Shown here: positions 63,443-64,000 of the stretch, piece by piece | Layout: each line of letters starts with the position of its first letter | Numbering within the stretch: the first letter of the stretch is position 1 | Assembly: GCA_963822945.1 (NCBI GenBank) | Contig: CAWGJO010000025.1 | Location: forward strand, 8,178-72,177 | Direction: 5' to 3' | Length of the DNA: 64,000 bases | Source of the DNA: an uncultured Gemmatimonadaceae bacterium | Lineage (GTDB): Bacteria; Gemmatimonadota; Gemmatimonadetes; Gemmatimonadales; Gemmatimonadaceae | Position numbers and translations under genes: made by a program | Notes under the pieces: generated by a model | What the model saw: the letters and a program-made list of their open reading frames with translations, nothing else | Databases searched by the model: none | Told to the model about the DNA's origin: nothing

Positions 63443-64000
63443 CAGTGGATGATTCGCGGGTCGAAAGTGAAGATCACGGGGAGTACGTCATCGGGATACC
63501 CCGACGGCAGCGGGCCGAATGCGCGTGCCGTGCCGGCGGCATCGATGGCCCCCTGCGCGGCGAGGTCGAACGCATACGAGCCCGATTTCTTCTGGAACCG
63601 GAAGTCCGTCACACTGCCGTCACGATGAATCAGGAACACCACCTGGGCAGTGAGGGAGGAATTGCCGGGTGGCTGGAAGCGCAGCGCGACCTGACGCGTG
63701 ATGTTGTCCACATACCCCGGGAACGGGAAGTCGATCCCCGGCGTGGAGACGTTCGCGACGTCACTGCCCTTGCCACCCTCAGGCCCGCCCCCCGCCGTGG
63801 GCGTCTTCGACGTGACGCGCTGCGTCTTGGCGCCCTGCGGCGCGGGCGTCGTTTCCTTGGGCTTCGCCGCCGGCTTGGGCGGTGCCTTCGTCACCTTCTT
63901 GGGCGCCACGGGCACCGTCTTGGGCGCCACCTTGGGTTTGGGGGGCGGCGTGACCTTCTCGATCGCCTGCGGCACGGCCGGCGTCGCGCGCACCACGCCG
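63442..64000 (-). CDS. TolA/TonB C-terminal domain protein, 5' part outside the window
   Basis: Pro/Lys-rich linker, FPFPGYV, IHRDGSV, SGSYAFDLAA and FGPLP motifs; upstream of tolB. Confidence 0.85.
   Translation of the reverse strand, partial: GVVRATPAVPQAIEKVTPPPKPKVAPKTVPVAPKKVTKAPPKPAAKPKETTPAPQGAKTQRVTSKTPTAGGGPEGGKGSDVANVSTPGIDFPFPGYVDNITRQVALRFQPPGNSSLTAQVVFLIHRDGSVTDFRFQKKSGSYAFDLAAQGAIDAAGTARAFGPLPSGYPDDVLPVIFTFDPRIIH

Overview
High-GC bacterial chromosomal segment with mostly minus-strand housekeeping genes. Gene content and order suggest Gemmatimonadota (inference, not verified). It holds about 58 CDS: rpsU-yqeY-mutS2-dnaG, hemW-hrcA-dnaJ-prmA-rsmE-HIT, obgE/dprA, hflX, rarA, cca, alaS, recA-recX, ftsK, aroQ-pepP-accB-pilT/U-accC, ppiD, tatA/tatC, hutHUI, lptD and tol-pal. 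It also holds two tRNAs (CAT anticodon, probably Ile2; Val-CAC). No CRISPR array, prophage, integrase or IS was seen. Eight single-base frameshifts in seven conserved genes most likely reflect sequencing or assembly indels. Most notable: a 9x16-bp tandem array just upstream of alaS, a 74-nt structured hairpin between recA and recX, a radical SAM gene inside the hut operon, a PilT/PilU ATPase splitting accB from accC near two large acidic TPR proteins, many apparently leaderless genes, and a probable ATC start for hflX.
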